Below are positions 12,410-24,252 of a stretch of DNA of 64,000 nucleotides, piece after piece. The stretch comes from Lepidodermella squamata. Its lineage: Eukaryota; Animalia; Gastrotricha. Position numbers and translations under genes: made by a program. Below the pieces are notes generated by a model. It was not told the origin of the DNA. It saw nothing but the letters and a program-made list of their open reading frames with translations, and did no database searches. Where the stretch lies: assembly GCA_047495785.1 (NCBI GenBank), contig JBLDXI010000024.1, positions 1,364,001 through 1,428,000 of the forward strand, read 5' to 3'. Within the stretch, counting starts at the first letter, position 1. Every line of letters starts with the position of its first letter.

Positions 12410-13689
12410 TGTTTCGAAAAAACGAATGCTGAATAATGAGAAACATTCTGGCCAGACTTGGTTCTGCGTAGGATTTCCCATCTGAATTAACATGAGTAAC
12501 TCGAATTAACAACTACACTTTTTGGTATCAGATTTCGGTTTCGCGCCAATCGATTGAATTACAAGTGACTTGTTTGCGAATCGAGGGTAGAAACAAGAAC
12601 GGAGAGTATAATTGTGGGCGGGGTAATATTAGGGGTCATTTTCGAAGCCGTCGTTATCGACAAAGTTGACTAAAGTCGACTTTAGCGGCCGATTTTTGTC
12701 CAAAATCGAGCGCTTTGACCTCAAAAACACGTGTTGACCTATTTTTATAATGAATCATAGAAATAGCTAAAAGCTGGCAAAAAGTAGGTCACGGCTAATG
12801 ATAAGCAATTTGAACTGACGCCTGGTTTGTTTGGCAGATAAATTCAGCTTTATCCGCGATAGAGTCGACTTTATCATAAAAACATCTTCGAAAATTGGAC
12901 TTTTATTGGCTTTAGAGATGGAAAAGCATAAATTATTTCGGAAATTTCAGTTATTCTTAACTGTTACCATCCGTTACCGGCAGATTTCCCGACCTTCTTA
13001 CATAAAAAACCACTGATTTGTAACACCAATATCGATCCGTAACAACCCGAATTTTGTGAAAATTCATTGCTTGAGCCTTAAATTTTGGGTCTGATGGAAC
13101 CCTAAATTCCATAAAAAATGGTGAAATCAAGATAATGGGACAGTAGAAGCAGTGACATATTAAATTGTTTTTTTTTATAGAGGAACTTTGAAATTAATAT
13201 CCAATTTTTCAGTTTCCTGTGGTTATGCGTTATATAATCATCAACGCGTTATTTCATTCTGATTTTTTCCTTATCTGACCTAGTCAACAAAAACAGGAAC
13301 GAGGCATATTTTCATATCTAGGAAATGCAATAAAATTTCGAGAGTTTTTCAAGAGCCTGAGCTAAGCGAGGTCGAATGACTCTGGAAAAATCCTCGCCCT
13401 TTGTATATCAGACAGCGGTATTATTATATTTTCTTTATTGCGACCAGCTCTATGACAATAATCGACTCCCCTCACATCGATGCGGCGAGTGGGTAATGAA
13501 ACGCGAAAGTCTATACGGCGGCTGCGAGGGCAAACCAAGCGTGAAGAAGAGTTGATATTAAAAATACAAAAATAATCTAGCCGCATGGCCTCGCACTGAA
13601 GGCCGCGCAACTTTAGTCCCGATTAAGAACGACGATATAAGACAGTCCCACATTTTCATAAATATGTGCCAGAAATTTCGCGCCGAAAA

Positions 13690-16600
13690 ATGCTGTTAGT
13701 AAAATTCGTGATTTTTCTTGTAATTGCCATCGAGTTGAACAAATGCGACGAGAAAATTGTTAAAGAAGTGCCGGCCTTGAAGAAGGAAGATGATCAGGAC
13801 GATCCACCCCCTGTGCGGTTGCCCAACTCGCCGGCGGCTGCTCATCGGAAACAAAAGCCCGGATCGCCGAACGATATCCAGGAGAAATCGAAAAAGAAGC
13901 CCCTCTTTAGAACTGCGCCGCCTGGGTCAACAATCAGGTCAACTCAAAAGTTCATGTCACCTGAAACATTAGCCACGCAACAGCAGTCATTTCCAACGAC
14001 TCAGCAAGAATCGGGAGTGACTAACGCTGAAACACGGTCGACCTCAGTTACATCCATGTCAGACGCGACTTTGATGGCCTTCCCACCGAGCACGGCAGGG
14101 GTAGGCCTCGTCTCTGGGCTTCCGACCAGCATCAAGCCGCAGGGTGTCACAATGCAGTGGGGCATGCAGCAATCACCTGGGCAGGTCTATTACGGCCCGC
14201 CTACTTTGTCCCAGTCTTATAAAATCATGCCGGGTCGAGGAATGCATCACTTGTTGCGGAAGATTTTTTCGACCTATGATAAGGAAGTTATGCCGGCTAG
14301 GCCTGTCGTCATCCACATGGATGTTTTACTGCTTAAAGTCAAATCAACTGTAAGTTTCAACAAGCCCAAGAATCTCGAAATTCGCAAAATTTGAACTTTT
14401 TTCCAGGTTGAAAAAGAAGGCATTTTCGAATCTGTTATTGCACTGTTCATTGAATGGAACGATAGCCGAATGTCTTGGTAATGGTTTATTTATGAAAAAA
14501 TCAGGATGATTCACTCTTATTCTACCCCAGGAACCCCGCAGATTATGATAACAATGTCACAATATTAGCATTTGATAGCGATAAAGTTTGGCTTCCGGAC
14601 ATTGCGGTATTTCGTCAGCTATTTTTGATTAAATTTGTTAATTAATGTGACCTATTTTTTAGATGACAAATAGTGCTGATCATCTTTATGTGCGTTTTAT
14701 TATTCAAATGTTTTCAATTTTTATATTATGAATAATTTTTTAGGCAATATCTCGCGATTCGCGATTTGTGGTTCGTGTCACCTACGATGGAAACTTCAAA
14801 TTTGTTCCAACAGGTAGCAATTTTTATATTTTCCCCATAATTCGACTAAAAATTGATATCTGCTAATAAGGAACTGCTCGAACTTGGTGCGGTAAGCTTT
14901 GCATCCCCATTAAGTTTGGATGACTTCATATTATTATTCAATTCTTTCCCAGAACTGAAGCTACCGAAATTCCCATTCGATGTGAGTAGTTTCTTTATTT
15001 CAAAAACTATTTTAAAGGAAGAATTTTTTTGTAGGTTCAGACGGTAGGATTATTTCTATCCTAGTCGAGAATTTTTTATCCTAATTTAAATCTGAAGTGC
15101 TCACTTGAATTCGAAAGCTGGGCCTTGGACAGCAAAACAATGACTTTTGACGGCCAGTCTCACCTCTTGGTAAATTTCTGAATGGTTTCCGAAGGCTGAT
15201 AGTCAAGTAATACCGGCAAATTTTCTTTCAGATTGACGATACATTCGCATCTCAGCAGTGGTCCCTTTGCTCATATCAAACTGTCACTTACGACCATTTA
15301 TACGAATTCACGGGCGAAACTTTTACGGTTAGATTCTTGTCACAAATTACCTGGATTTGACTATTTTAATTATTAAAAAATAGCGTGTCCGTTTTGATTT
15401 TACTGTCAAACGAAAATCCATGTTCTACGTTCTTATCCTAATTTTTCCATCCACCCTGCTCAGTATGATTCAGGTTTGAAAATATTTGGATCTTTGAAAT
15501 TAATCATTAATGGTCTTGCAAATTCAGTTGCTAGTGTTCGTGATTCCTTCAGGTAAATTTTAAAATATTTAAAATTATTAGTTAGTTAAAGCTTGTTGGG
15601 TTTACAGATGACACTACAGCAGACAGAATCGGATTCGGCACTACTAACCTGCTCACACTCGTTGTGTTTCAGGTCCATTTCTAATTCGTTAAACATTTTC
15701 TGATTTTTTAACTATACTTATTTTTCAGACAATTGTTACTGAAGAAATGGTAGGGAAAATGAAATTTTGTGGATAATTTTTATTTATTTTTTATTAGCCC
15801 AAATCCAGTGATGCCGTTACCTCTCTTTCGAAATACATCATAGCCTTGGTAAATTATACGAAAAATTACGAGTAAGAACTCAATTTATTGCCATTTTCAG
15901 ATAATAATAGCAGCTGTGGGTATTTTTGAATCCGTCGCTGTTGAGAGGATCCTACGAGTTTCAGCCTACCCACCGCCAAGGACGGTTTGTAAAATTTTTC
16001 TAATTTTTCCAATTTTTTCAAACTTACCACTTTGTAGGCGGTTCGTTTTATTCATTGCATAAATCAGCTGAAAAAATTTATGAGCCTCCGAATGTCCCTG
16101 CGTAAAGTAAAAGCAAGAGTCTCAGCCGTAGACACCGAACAGCCGTCTTCCCCATTCGTATTTCAAACCGTTACTACAACAGCGACTTTGAAGACAAAAA
16201 CTAAACTGATGTCGAAATACGAAGATTACAGCGAATACGACGCCTTGGGCTCGCAATCTTGCTTCTGCCTTAACAGAATTAAGCGGAAAGCGCCTACGCC
16301 TAATGATTCGATGATTTATCACAACGAAAAAGATGAGGACGAAATCTACACGGCCGGCAATGCTAGTCGTCGCAATTCCTACTTTTCGGCCATGTCCCGC
16401 GGCCGATCAACTTCTTTCATTTTAAAACTTCTCAAGGCGAAATCTGCGAATGAGGGAGGAATCAATGAGGCACGCTCGAGTGAAGCCATTTCGAAATCGA
16501 ACTTGGACCCTGGAGATAACGCTAATCTATCAGCGGCTATAGCTCGGTCCAAGAGTGATTACACCTACGGCACTCAAAAAATCACGAAATTTCAAAAGAT

Positions 16601-17000
16601 TGAAGATTTAGAGACACCATTAGCGATTTCTCTAGCAGCAAATCGGAGCTCTAAATCTGACTTCAAACTCAACGACCGTCAAACTGCTACTGCCGAGCGA
16701 ATTCGCATGAAAAAGAAGAACAGCGTAACGAATTTCTTGCTGTCAAAGGTTGAGAAGGCTCAATTAGAGGCGGTTCAGCATCGCAGGCAGGTGAATATGG
16801 AAGAATGGTCGCAGGTTGCGCACTACCTCGACTTGGTTACGTTTTGCTTCTGCGGCTTTATGGCAGTTTTCATACCAATTCTGCTCTTCATTCCACTGGT
16901 TTATTTCGACGAAACTTGTAACAACAACGAGGGAAATGAACACAGCGCTCATCAAAGTGGAATGTACGCTGGAGGTACAACTACGACACAAACGGTTTAA
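13690..17000 (+). CDS. Cys-loop ligand-gated ion channel subunit (nAChR/5-HT3-like, non-alpha), 17 exons
   Basis: Spliced translation gives signal peptide, LLRKIFSTYDKEVMP, EWNDSRMSWNP, VWLPDI, Cys-loop C-ELKLPKFPFDVQT-C, FESW, KRKSMFY-TM1, TM2 DRIGFGTTNLLTLVVFQ, MPKSS, TM3, a long loop and EWSQVAHYLD-TM4. All 16 introns are GT-AG. Confidence 0.92.
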
Positions 17001-17016
17001 TGGGGAAAAATCCACC

Positions 17017-19359
17017 TTAAGCGGCATTATGGGTCCTCGCGGTGTGATGGACAGTCGCTCGTTTCGAGAATGTAGATAATCGAATTGTCTGTTGATAAGC
17101 TTCAGACGACAAATTTCTCCGGGGAAGAATTCCGCTGAATAAAATCGCGTTGTTTGTCAGAGAATAAATCAAACTTCCAATCGCTAGAACCGTGCTTTTA
17201 TCTCTGGATGATTGCTGAAGGATGAATATTAGGATGAATGCGACGAAGAGGGTCAAGCTGTTCGCGACCATTAGTTGAGAAATCAGCCGTTCAAAGTCGA
17301 AAACAGGCGAAACTTTGTAGACACGTGCTTCGAATGCAGAGAAGCAAGCGGCGAAGAGTATGATAATGTTAGCCAGGGTTAAGGCGGCTGTCCAATACAG
17401 CTCATTCGCACCTAAACATGCAGCCTCCGTTTCGTCGAAATATTCATCAGCTGATTCGTCAAAATCGATTTTCGAGGGAGTTTTCTTTATAAAAAGCGGA
17501 TCAGTAGTGACCCAGCAGACCGCGCAGATGATGCTAATTATGAAAATTACCCAACAAGAAAGCGTGGATGATGATGATGACGATGTTTTTCTGAGGCGCA
17601 TCATAACGTCAACTCCTGTGATAGCTTGGCGCGACTTCTCTTTAGACACCTGACTAATGATTACAGTAAAAGCTGTGATTCGCGATAGTACAACGCCATT
17701 CATTGTCGTGATGCCGATTACAGCGAAAAATGGTTTGATGGCGCATGCATCCAAGTCAGGAAATCGCTCAGAAGTAACGAAAATGATAGCTGAGAGATGA
17801 CAAGAGAGACCAGCAATTGTCTGGAGGCAATTGAGGGACAAGTTTGTCAACATATGAAATTCCCTATCTTTCATTACAATGGAAGTAATAAGAATCAAAA
17901 TCAGGATGATGACACTCAAAAGGACGGATACTGATATCAACCCTTCGAAGGCTTCAATTGGATAGTCAATTGTCCTGTGGTCAATTGATGATAGGTCTTT
18001 TGGCGGTTGACCGGTTCTCGTCATCCACACTGGCGCTTTCATGACGGACATTTCGTAAGTCGTCATGTTAAAAATTGTCTTGGAGTCAGTACCGTAGCGT
18101 TGTATTTTGGCAAGTATCTCCGGCTTCCCATCAATATATTGCATCAACCACTGCGCCTCACCGTCGACTTCAAGGCGATCTGAATATTTGACCTCGCCAA
18201 TCCTAATTCCGCTAAAAGCTGTCTCTGATGAGGATTTGTTGACAACTGGAAAAACAAGACCCGGATTAGCGGCGTAGTCCTTTAAACTGACATTGTACGA
18301 TGTCTTTAGAATATTTTCACTCTTGTTCAGTGCTAAAATCGCCGCCATGTATGAATCATGGCACAGTTGATGCCGATCTGGATCGTTCACTGAGTAATTT
18401 CGCAGAATCGCATTGTACCGATTTCGGTATTCATTCAAGTCGTAGCCAAACGCCGTCGGTCCGTAGTTTTGTAGAGCGAGGTTGTAAGTTCCGAACCAAA
18501 AAACTATCTTCGCCTGCTCCTGAATGTTCTGCCTCGTGCACTCCGGTGGAATGACCAATTGAGGGTTGTTCGGGTCGAAGAGACCGATGAAGAAGAAAGC
18601 AAAGACGTAGTTCGGGGCTCGAAGACCGGCTATGTAAGCTGAGCAAAGGAATTTAACCATAAGTGGTACAGGATTTCCGTGGGCTAGGACTACATACCTA
18701 GCTCCACTTGCTTTCACGCCCAACAATAAATCGACAGTGAAATCCGACTCGCTCGTGTAGAACAAGACTTGAAAACCATTTCGAATCGCTTGATCGTTGA
18801 TCAACTGACCTAACATGAAGTTGTTAGGGTTAGCGGAGTAAGAAACCACTCCGATTTGATTCCATTTCCCGATAGCCCTCCCGAATCGAAGGACTGACAT
18901 TGCTGAACTTTCGATGGGTGCACTGACTCGGTATAACGTGTTGTAGATGTAGCGACTCGCTACCAGGAAAACTCCGGTACAGCCGGGTGAGAAAGAAACA
19001 GCTTTTGCCCCTCCGATGACTGCGGCAACTGTTTGGCAGTTCGAGCTTGGGCCGATTACGATAGGGCTTAGATAGGTGTTGTTCCTCGGCTGCTCGTAAT
19101 TCCTCAAATGGGAGATGAAATTTCGAGGAGCCGACGTTCCATCGCGTCCTTCATCTCGAATGGTCAGTTCTATAGTGTAGTCAGATAAAATGTCCTGTCG
19201 TGAGTTAGCATGGTCGATGGCGACTTGAGCTCCGATAGAGCAGGCAGTTTTGTAATTTGGTTCATTCTCAACAAAGGGCATTATTCCTAACAGAGCTAGC
19301 CGGTGCTTCTTCGCATGCAGAGTTGCGTGAAGCCAGAACAGGATGAATATCGCCTTCAT
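17017..19359 (-). CDS. Class C GPCR, GABA-B-type architecture (Venus flytrap + 7TM), intronless
   Basis: Signal peptide; AIDHANSRQDILSDYTIEL; PIVIGP; WNQIGVV; PPKD linker with no cysteine-rich domain; seven hydrophobic segments. Confidence 0.85.
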   Translation of the reverse strand: MKAIFILFWLHATLHAKKHRLALLGIMPFVENEPNYKTACSIGAQVAIDHANSRQDILSDYTIELTIRDEGRDGTSAPRNFISHLRNYEQPRNNTYLSPIVIGPSSNCQTVAAVIGGAKAVSFSPGCTGVFLVASRYIYNTLYRVSAPIESSAMSVLRFGRAIGKWNQIGVVSYSANPNNFMLGQLINDQAIRNGFQVLFYTSESDFTVDLLLGVKASGARYVVLAHGNPVPLMVKFLCSAYIAGLRAPNYVFAFFFIGLFDPNNPQLVIPPECTRQNIQEQAKIVFWFGTYNLALQNYGPTAFGYDLNEYRNRYNAILRNYSVNDPDRHQLCHDSYMAAILALNKSENILKTSYNVSLKDYAANPGLVFPVVNKSSSETAFSGIRIGEVKYSDRLEVDGEAQWLMQYIDGKPEILAKIQRYGTDSKTIFNMTTYEMSVMKAPVWMTRTGQPPKDLSSIDHRTIDYPIEAFEGLISVSVLLSVIILILILITSIVMKDREFHMLTNLSLNCLQTIAGLSCHLSAIIFVTSERFPDLDACAIKPFFAVIGITTMNGVVLSRITAFTVIISQVSKEKSRQAITGVDVMMRLRKTSSSSSSTLSCWVIFIISIICAVCWVTTDPLFIKKTPSKIDFDESADEYFDETEAACLGANELYWTAALTLANIIILFAACFSAFEARVYKVSPVFDFERLISQLMVANSLTLFVAFILIFILQQSSRDKSTVLAIGSLIYSLTNNAILFSGILPRRNLSSEAYQQTIRLSTFSKRATVHHTARTHNAA

Positions 19360-20279
19360 TAGCAAGTGAAATTTAAAAAATAACTATACTCGAAATGCCT
19401 ACGACACGGCTCAAATACGACGATTTTACAAGAAGCTCTTAGCTAAATTAGACAGAAAAGTAAATGAAGGTAAAATCTAGCCTATAATTTCTTGTCCTAT
19501 AATTGCCCATGACTTTTGAAAGGTCCCCTAGTTTCAGTAGATTATCACGCAACTGCTTTCAACTCTTTGAACGTGATTTCTACGAGTTTGCGTCACGTGC
19601 ATAAAAGCGATACCGAAAGGACTCCAAAAATATCATAGATTGCTTAAAATTAAGATTTAATTAGCTCACGCGTCTTTGATGTCCTCCGTTATTTCATTGA
19701 GTCATCTTTGATTGTCCAGTGTTGATAAAAATTAATAAAGCTTCCAAGGTATTTGGTCACTGGAAATCGGCGCGGCATTTAACAAGTATCGGACTTCACA
19801 GAAAAGGGCAATTATTTTTAAATTGACCATTGATGACAGATGAAAAGAGGGATGACAGGCCTTATAGTCTGAAAATGATAAATGGTTCCATCAATGCTTT
19901 TGAGTGAAATTTCTTTATCCATCGGTCATCATCACCATTACACACGAAAACCCTTGACCGCAGGGCTTGAAAGGTACATTTTTATCAAAATAAACAGCTT
20001 GACAAGTGCATTATTAATAAGTTTTTAACTGATCTTCGTCAGTTCATTCCGCACATCTACATGATGTAGAATGTAGAATATACAAGATACACATAAGATA
20101 CTGCACATAGTCAGTTTTTCTCATTGTTTTCTTTTCACTTTTACAATAATGTTGAGGTGTGAAGTGGCAGCGTGTGATCATTAATAGCTTTAAAGCTGTC
20201 TTGGCTTAAAAAGGCAATTTTCAAACAATGACATGCTTTTTATTATTTTCTCAAGCCTGCCTTTGATAACAAGTAAAAA

Positions 20280-20912
20280 ATGAGTGACCTCTACGAACCG
20301 TCCAACTACCTCAGCAAGTTCGAAGCACTCGTTAGGACAGTTATGTTGCGGCGATTTCTTACAAACGCTCGAATCGGTGGGGCTAGAATCGTACTGGAGA
20401 ATGGCTGCATTCAAAAATGGAAGGTTCTGGTCCTACCAAACAATCCACCTTATAACAAAGGCGCCTTTTGGGTGCAGATCGATTTCCCAGACGACTTCTT
20501 CTGGCGGAGGATAGCTCATTTTAGATTTGTGACCAGAATCTACCACCCAATGAGAAAGTTATGCATGTGTGGCACGAAATACCGGCGGCGTCTCAACGAA
20601 GATTCAACAAAAGCTGTCGATCCGCCAGATTTCAGCGATTTGAATGAGACCCTGCTCGATTTTATCGAGCATCCACCTGAAAAGTGGTGCCTGTACCGAA
20701 ATTGCGCAGTTTTCAACGAATACATCAACAATCACGACGAATTCAGGCGAAAAGCTGAATCTTTCACTATCGAAAACGCGGAGCCTCGACTACCGGAGAA
20801 ACTTCAAGAAAGATGCCGAGTTGTCATTTTATCAAACCTCAAATCAAGACCTGAAGAATCTTTGACTAGACTAGGCTTGCCATCTTCCATTCAACTTTAC
20901 TTACTAAGCTAA
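20280..20912 (+). CDS. UBE2L3/UbcH7-like E2 (UBC fold) with C-terminal SOCS box
   Basis: WKVLVLPNNPPYNKGAFWVQIDFP, FVTRIYHP and EYINNHDEFRRKAESFT parallel UBE2L3. The C-terminus KLQERCRVVI...LTRLGLPSSIQLYL fits the SOCS box consensus. Confidence 0.8.
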   Translation: MSDLYEPSNYLSKFEALVRTVMLRRFLTNARIGGARIVLENGCIQKWKVLVLPNNPPYNKGAFWVQIDFPDDFFWRRIAHFRFVTRIYHPMRKLCMCGTKYRRRLNEDSTKAVDPPDFSDLNETLLDFIEHPPEKWCLYRNCAVFNEYINNHDEFRRKAESFTIENAEPRLPEKLQERCRVVILSNLKSRPEESLTRLGLPSSIQLYLLS

Positions 20913-23270
20913 TGTTATATGAGAATTGAACTTAGTTCTATGTTGATCTGCTGCTTTCAAATTAAACGATGCCTCTTGAATTTCTAATTTCAAAACTTGG
21001 GGCAAGTAAGTGAACAAGGCATTAGACCCTGCATAAATCAGAAGAGCCCATGCCACAGCTATTTGTTGAGACGATGTATTGCTAAGCGATAATAGGATGA
21101 GAAAGGAAGCCGAAATAATTGCGAATGCATTCACTGCACTCAAGCGGACCAAGTTCAACTCGCGCATTGATATCGATGCTCCAGAATTTTTCAGTTTGAA
21201 GCCGAAAATGCAAGAAATAGCCAATATCATTCCATGAATTCCCAGAAAACAGAACTGCCAAATCATTTGGTAGTTAGAGTAGCAAGATATACTGCTGTAT
21301 TCGTAGAAGACATCTGCATCAAAGTCGTAAATAGGCTCACTCAATCGTTCAAAGCAGTTTGCTGGATGTATTGTTTGCCAACAAATTAACAAAACGACAT
21401 TAACAAGCAGGATTGTCGGAATTATAGACATTTTCCCGTTTCCTTCGATTCTCACAGGGGGCGCTTGGTTACCAACTTGATAGTTTTTGCCTCGAACGGC
21501 GCGCTGTAATCTTCCGGGGGAACTGGTCGCGCCAATGGCGGAGGTGTACATTTTTCCTGAGATCGTGCGCCTGAAGTTTACTGTACTCAATAAATGTAAC
21601 CTTGCGTCAACGATTCTAGAGAAAGTCGTAGAATTTATAACAGATAGACTAATTACTAAAAGAGACATCTTCGCGTTCCATAGTGTCGTTGCTAGATCCG
21701 AATCCGCAGTGAAAAGTACTGCTGATATTGAGCAAACAATGCAACCCAGGTTAGCAATCAGCTTGGTAAATTTAAGCCTTCAAACTCCATCAAATTGAAT
21801 GATTTTGACGGATGAAAATAGGATGAAGCCTGTAAGGATTACCGATGCAACAACTGAAGCTGCGAAAACACCTTCTGAAACTAGGTCTTCGATAACAAAG
21901 TCATCTGATGAATCTTTAGGTGGCTCTCCATCTGGAGTTTGCCATGGAATTGGTGTCAGAAGATTAATTAAATAGTCGTCATTACTCCGTCCAGTTGTAT
22001 CCGCGATTTGCTGAACAGCCCCGATCAACGCTAGCGAACCATCTGATCCATCCAATAAGAGATGGCGACCAGTTCTGTAGCGAATTCCCCAGTTGAAGTG
22101 TACCTGTACCTATTAATTTGAAGACCTTCAAAGTCTAAAGCTATTTTGCTGAGTCATTGACGATCCCGCTAACGAAGCGAGCCAAGTTTGGAGATTCATG
22201 AAAGCTTAGGAAACTCTGATTTGATCTTCGGAGAAGCTTATCAGCAGAATCAAGAGTTAGAACAGCAGCTAGGGTAGCGTCATGACACTGATACCGGTAT
22301 TGATAGTTATCGCCCCTAGATCGGTTTGTTCTCGCATCTATCATTGCCTCAAATTGAGCAGCGTTGTATCCTAAACGACTCCGACGATTCATATCCATAG
22401 GATTTTGAATATTCGTAACCGTAATCGTGATTTTGTACTGCTCAAGTACCATCGACTTGGTGCAACCAGGGCTATTTGTAATTGTGTTAGGAATCGAAGA
22501 AGGGTCTGGCACGCCTTGAGCTATCATAATGAAAGCGTACCTAGGACCAGTTATCCCGACCTCATAAGTTAAGCAAAAGAATTGCCTAGGCTAGTAGCAC
22601 TTGGGTGTTCCAAAAGAAGATGATCCTAACGTCAAGCTTTTTCAGGGAATAGACGATACTTGGGTCATCTAGGCTTTGTACTCCGTCGTAAAGAACTACG
22701 GTAACGTTGTTCTCATGAGCGACCTTGTTGAGCATTTCAGCAGCTTCCATCGTACTGCTGCTGCCAAGGAAAGCGATGATTGCGATTTTCTTCCATCTTC
22801 CAAGCTTTCTTGCGATTTGAAGCATCGAGTGGGGTATGATGTAGTTGACAGCCCGGGTTAGGTACAGATTTTTGTAACGAGTCCGGTCAATCAACATGCC
22901 GCCCGAACCTGAGATGGAAAATGCGACTAAGGTGAAGGGCTGGTACTAACGCCTTACAGCCACTAGTGTAGTAACCAGTGATTAAAACAGGTGATAGCTT
23001 CCGATTTCGGAACATTGTGACTGTATTTGATACCGATCTCAAACCGTCAGTGCCTTCGTCAGCAGTGACAAGGTTCAAACGGTAGTCAGGTAGAATGTCG
23101 CTTCTGTTATTGATGTGATCGACGACTATTTCCGAAGCTACTCTACACTCGTAGCCGTTTCTTGGTGGGTTGCCAGTCAGGGGCAACAATTCAAGAATGT
23201 CCAAATCAGTTGTGATAGCTTCTGCAGTTGGTAATATGCAGTGAAGCAACAAAATGAAAATCAAAGACAT
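20904..23270 (-). pseudogene. Frameshifted GABA-B-type class C GPCR paralog
   Basis: Five collinear ORF fragments (signal/VDHINNRSDILPDY; YKNLY/WKKIAII; CHDATLAA; WQTPDGEPPKD; distal TMs) separated by frameshifts or stops near 22890, 22586, 22140, 22055 and 21780. Confidence 0.8.
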
Positions 23271-24252
23271 TTTCTATGAAAATAAACTGAGACTAATGAC
23301 CTAGTGGCAAATTCATTGCCTGCGGGGACATCCTCGCCCACCCTCTCTTTCAAATCAAAAGAATACAGTAAGACTATTTCAGAAACGTGAGCTTTAATAC
23401 AAAAGTTGGCGCCTCTCATGCCATACAAATTCACGTCAAAAAGATCTGGTTTCAGTCCTCGCCCCAACAACCAATTGTATCAAGATGCTGCTGGAATAAT
23501 TGATGTTCTTCTCGTAGATGTTGAAGGTGTAGGTCTTATCGGACTTGATGCGGAAATAAAGAGTGTATAGCCATTAGACAAATTTTCGATTTCTTCTAAC
23601 GTTCTCACATGTCACATGTCGGTAGTGAAAACATTAAACTTCATCAACAAATGGTATGCATATTTCTGACCCATGAAATTATCGTCCGTATGCCAATCTG
23701 GGAGTACCGCTGAAAAGACGCTAATGCAGTAAAACACGGTTCAGGATAAACACACCGTACTCGGTGTGCTGCCGGACACCTTCTTTAATGCGAGTTATTC
23801 CGCGACGTAAAGGTGATGCATGCCGATAAGCGCGGCTTTATCTCATTTTTAATCCACCTGGCAATTCACAAGAAAGCTGGAGTTGCGAAATTTGTTCGTC
23901 ATCAGTGTCCCTACTAATTTTGAAATAAAAATTGAAAAGTTTAAATCCGAGCATTAAAAAATGTGGGGGCGGCAAAGAGGCGGCAAAGGAGTCGGCAAAG
24001 AGTGAGGCTCACATGTTTTCCGTTTTAAGTTTGCATTTCTCTTTCTTGCTAGTTGCTAGCAGGCTATACAGAGGATGTTGAAATTGATTTGCTGCTGCAG
24101 GTAGATGGCTGCATAGCTTCTGCAAAAACGGTTATGACGTGATGTTACTGTTGATCCGGAAACTTAGCCGGCGATTTGACTGCTATAGTGCAACATTTTT
24201 AAATTTAAAGCATTTTTACAGTTTTGACCTGCCCTCATAAAATTTCGAAAAC

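Noticed and set aside
20904-23270. Intron-containing functional GPCR
   Set aside because: The breaks are small frameshifts without intron-sized GT-AG gaps, and total length equals the intronless paralogs. Sequencing error cannot be fully excluded.
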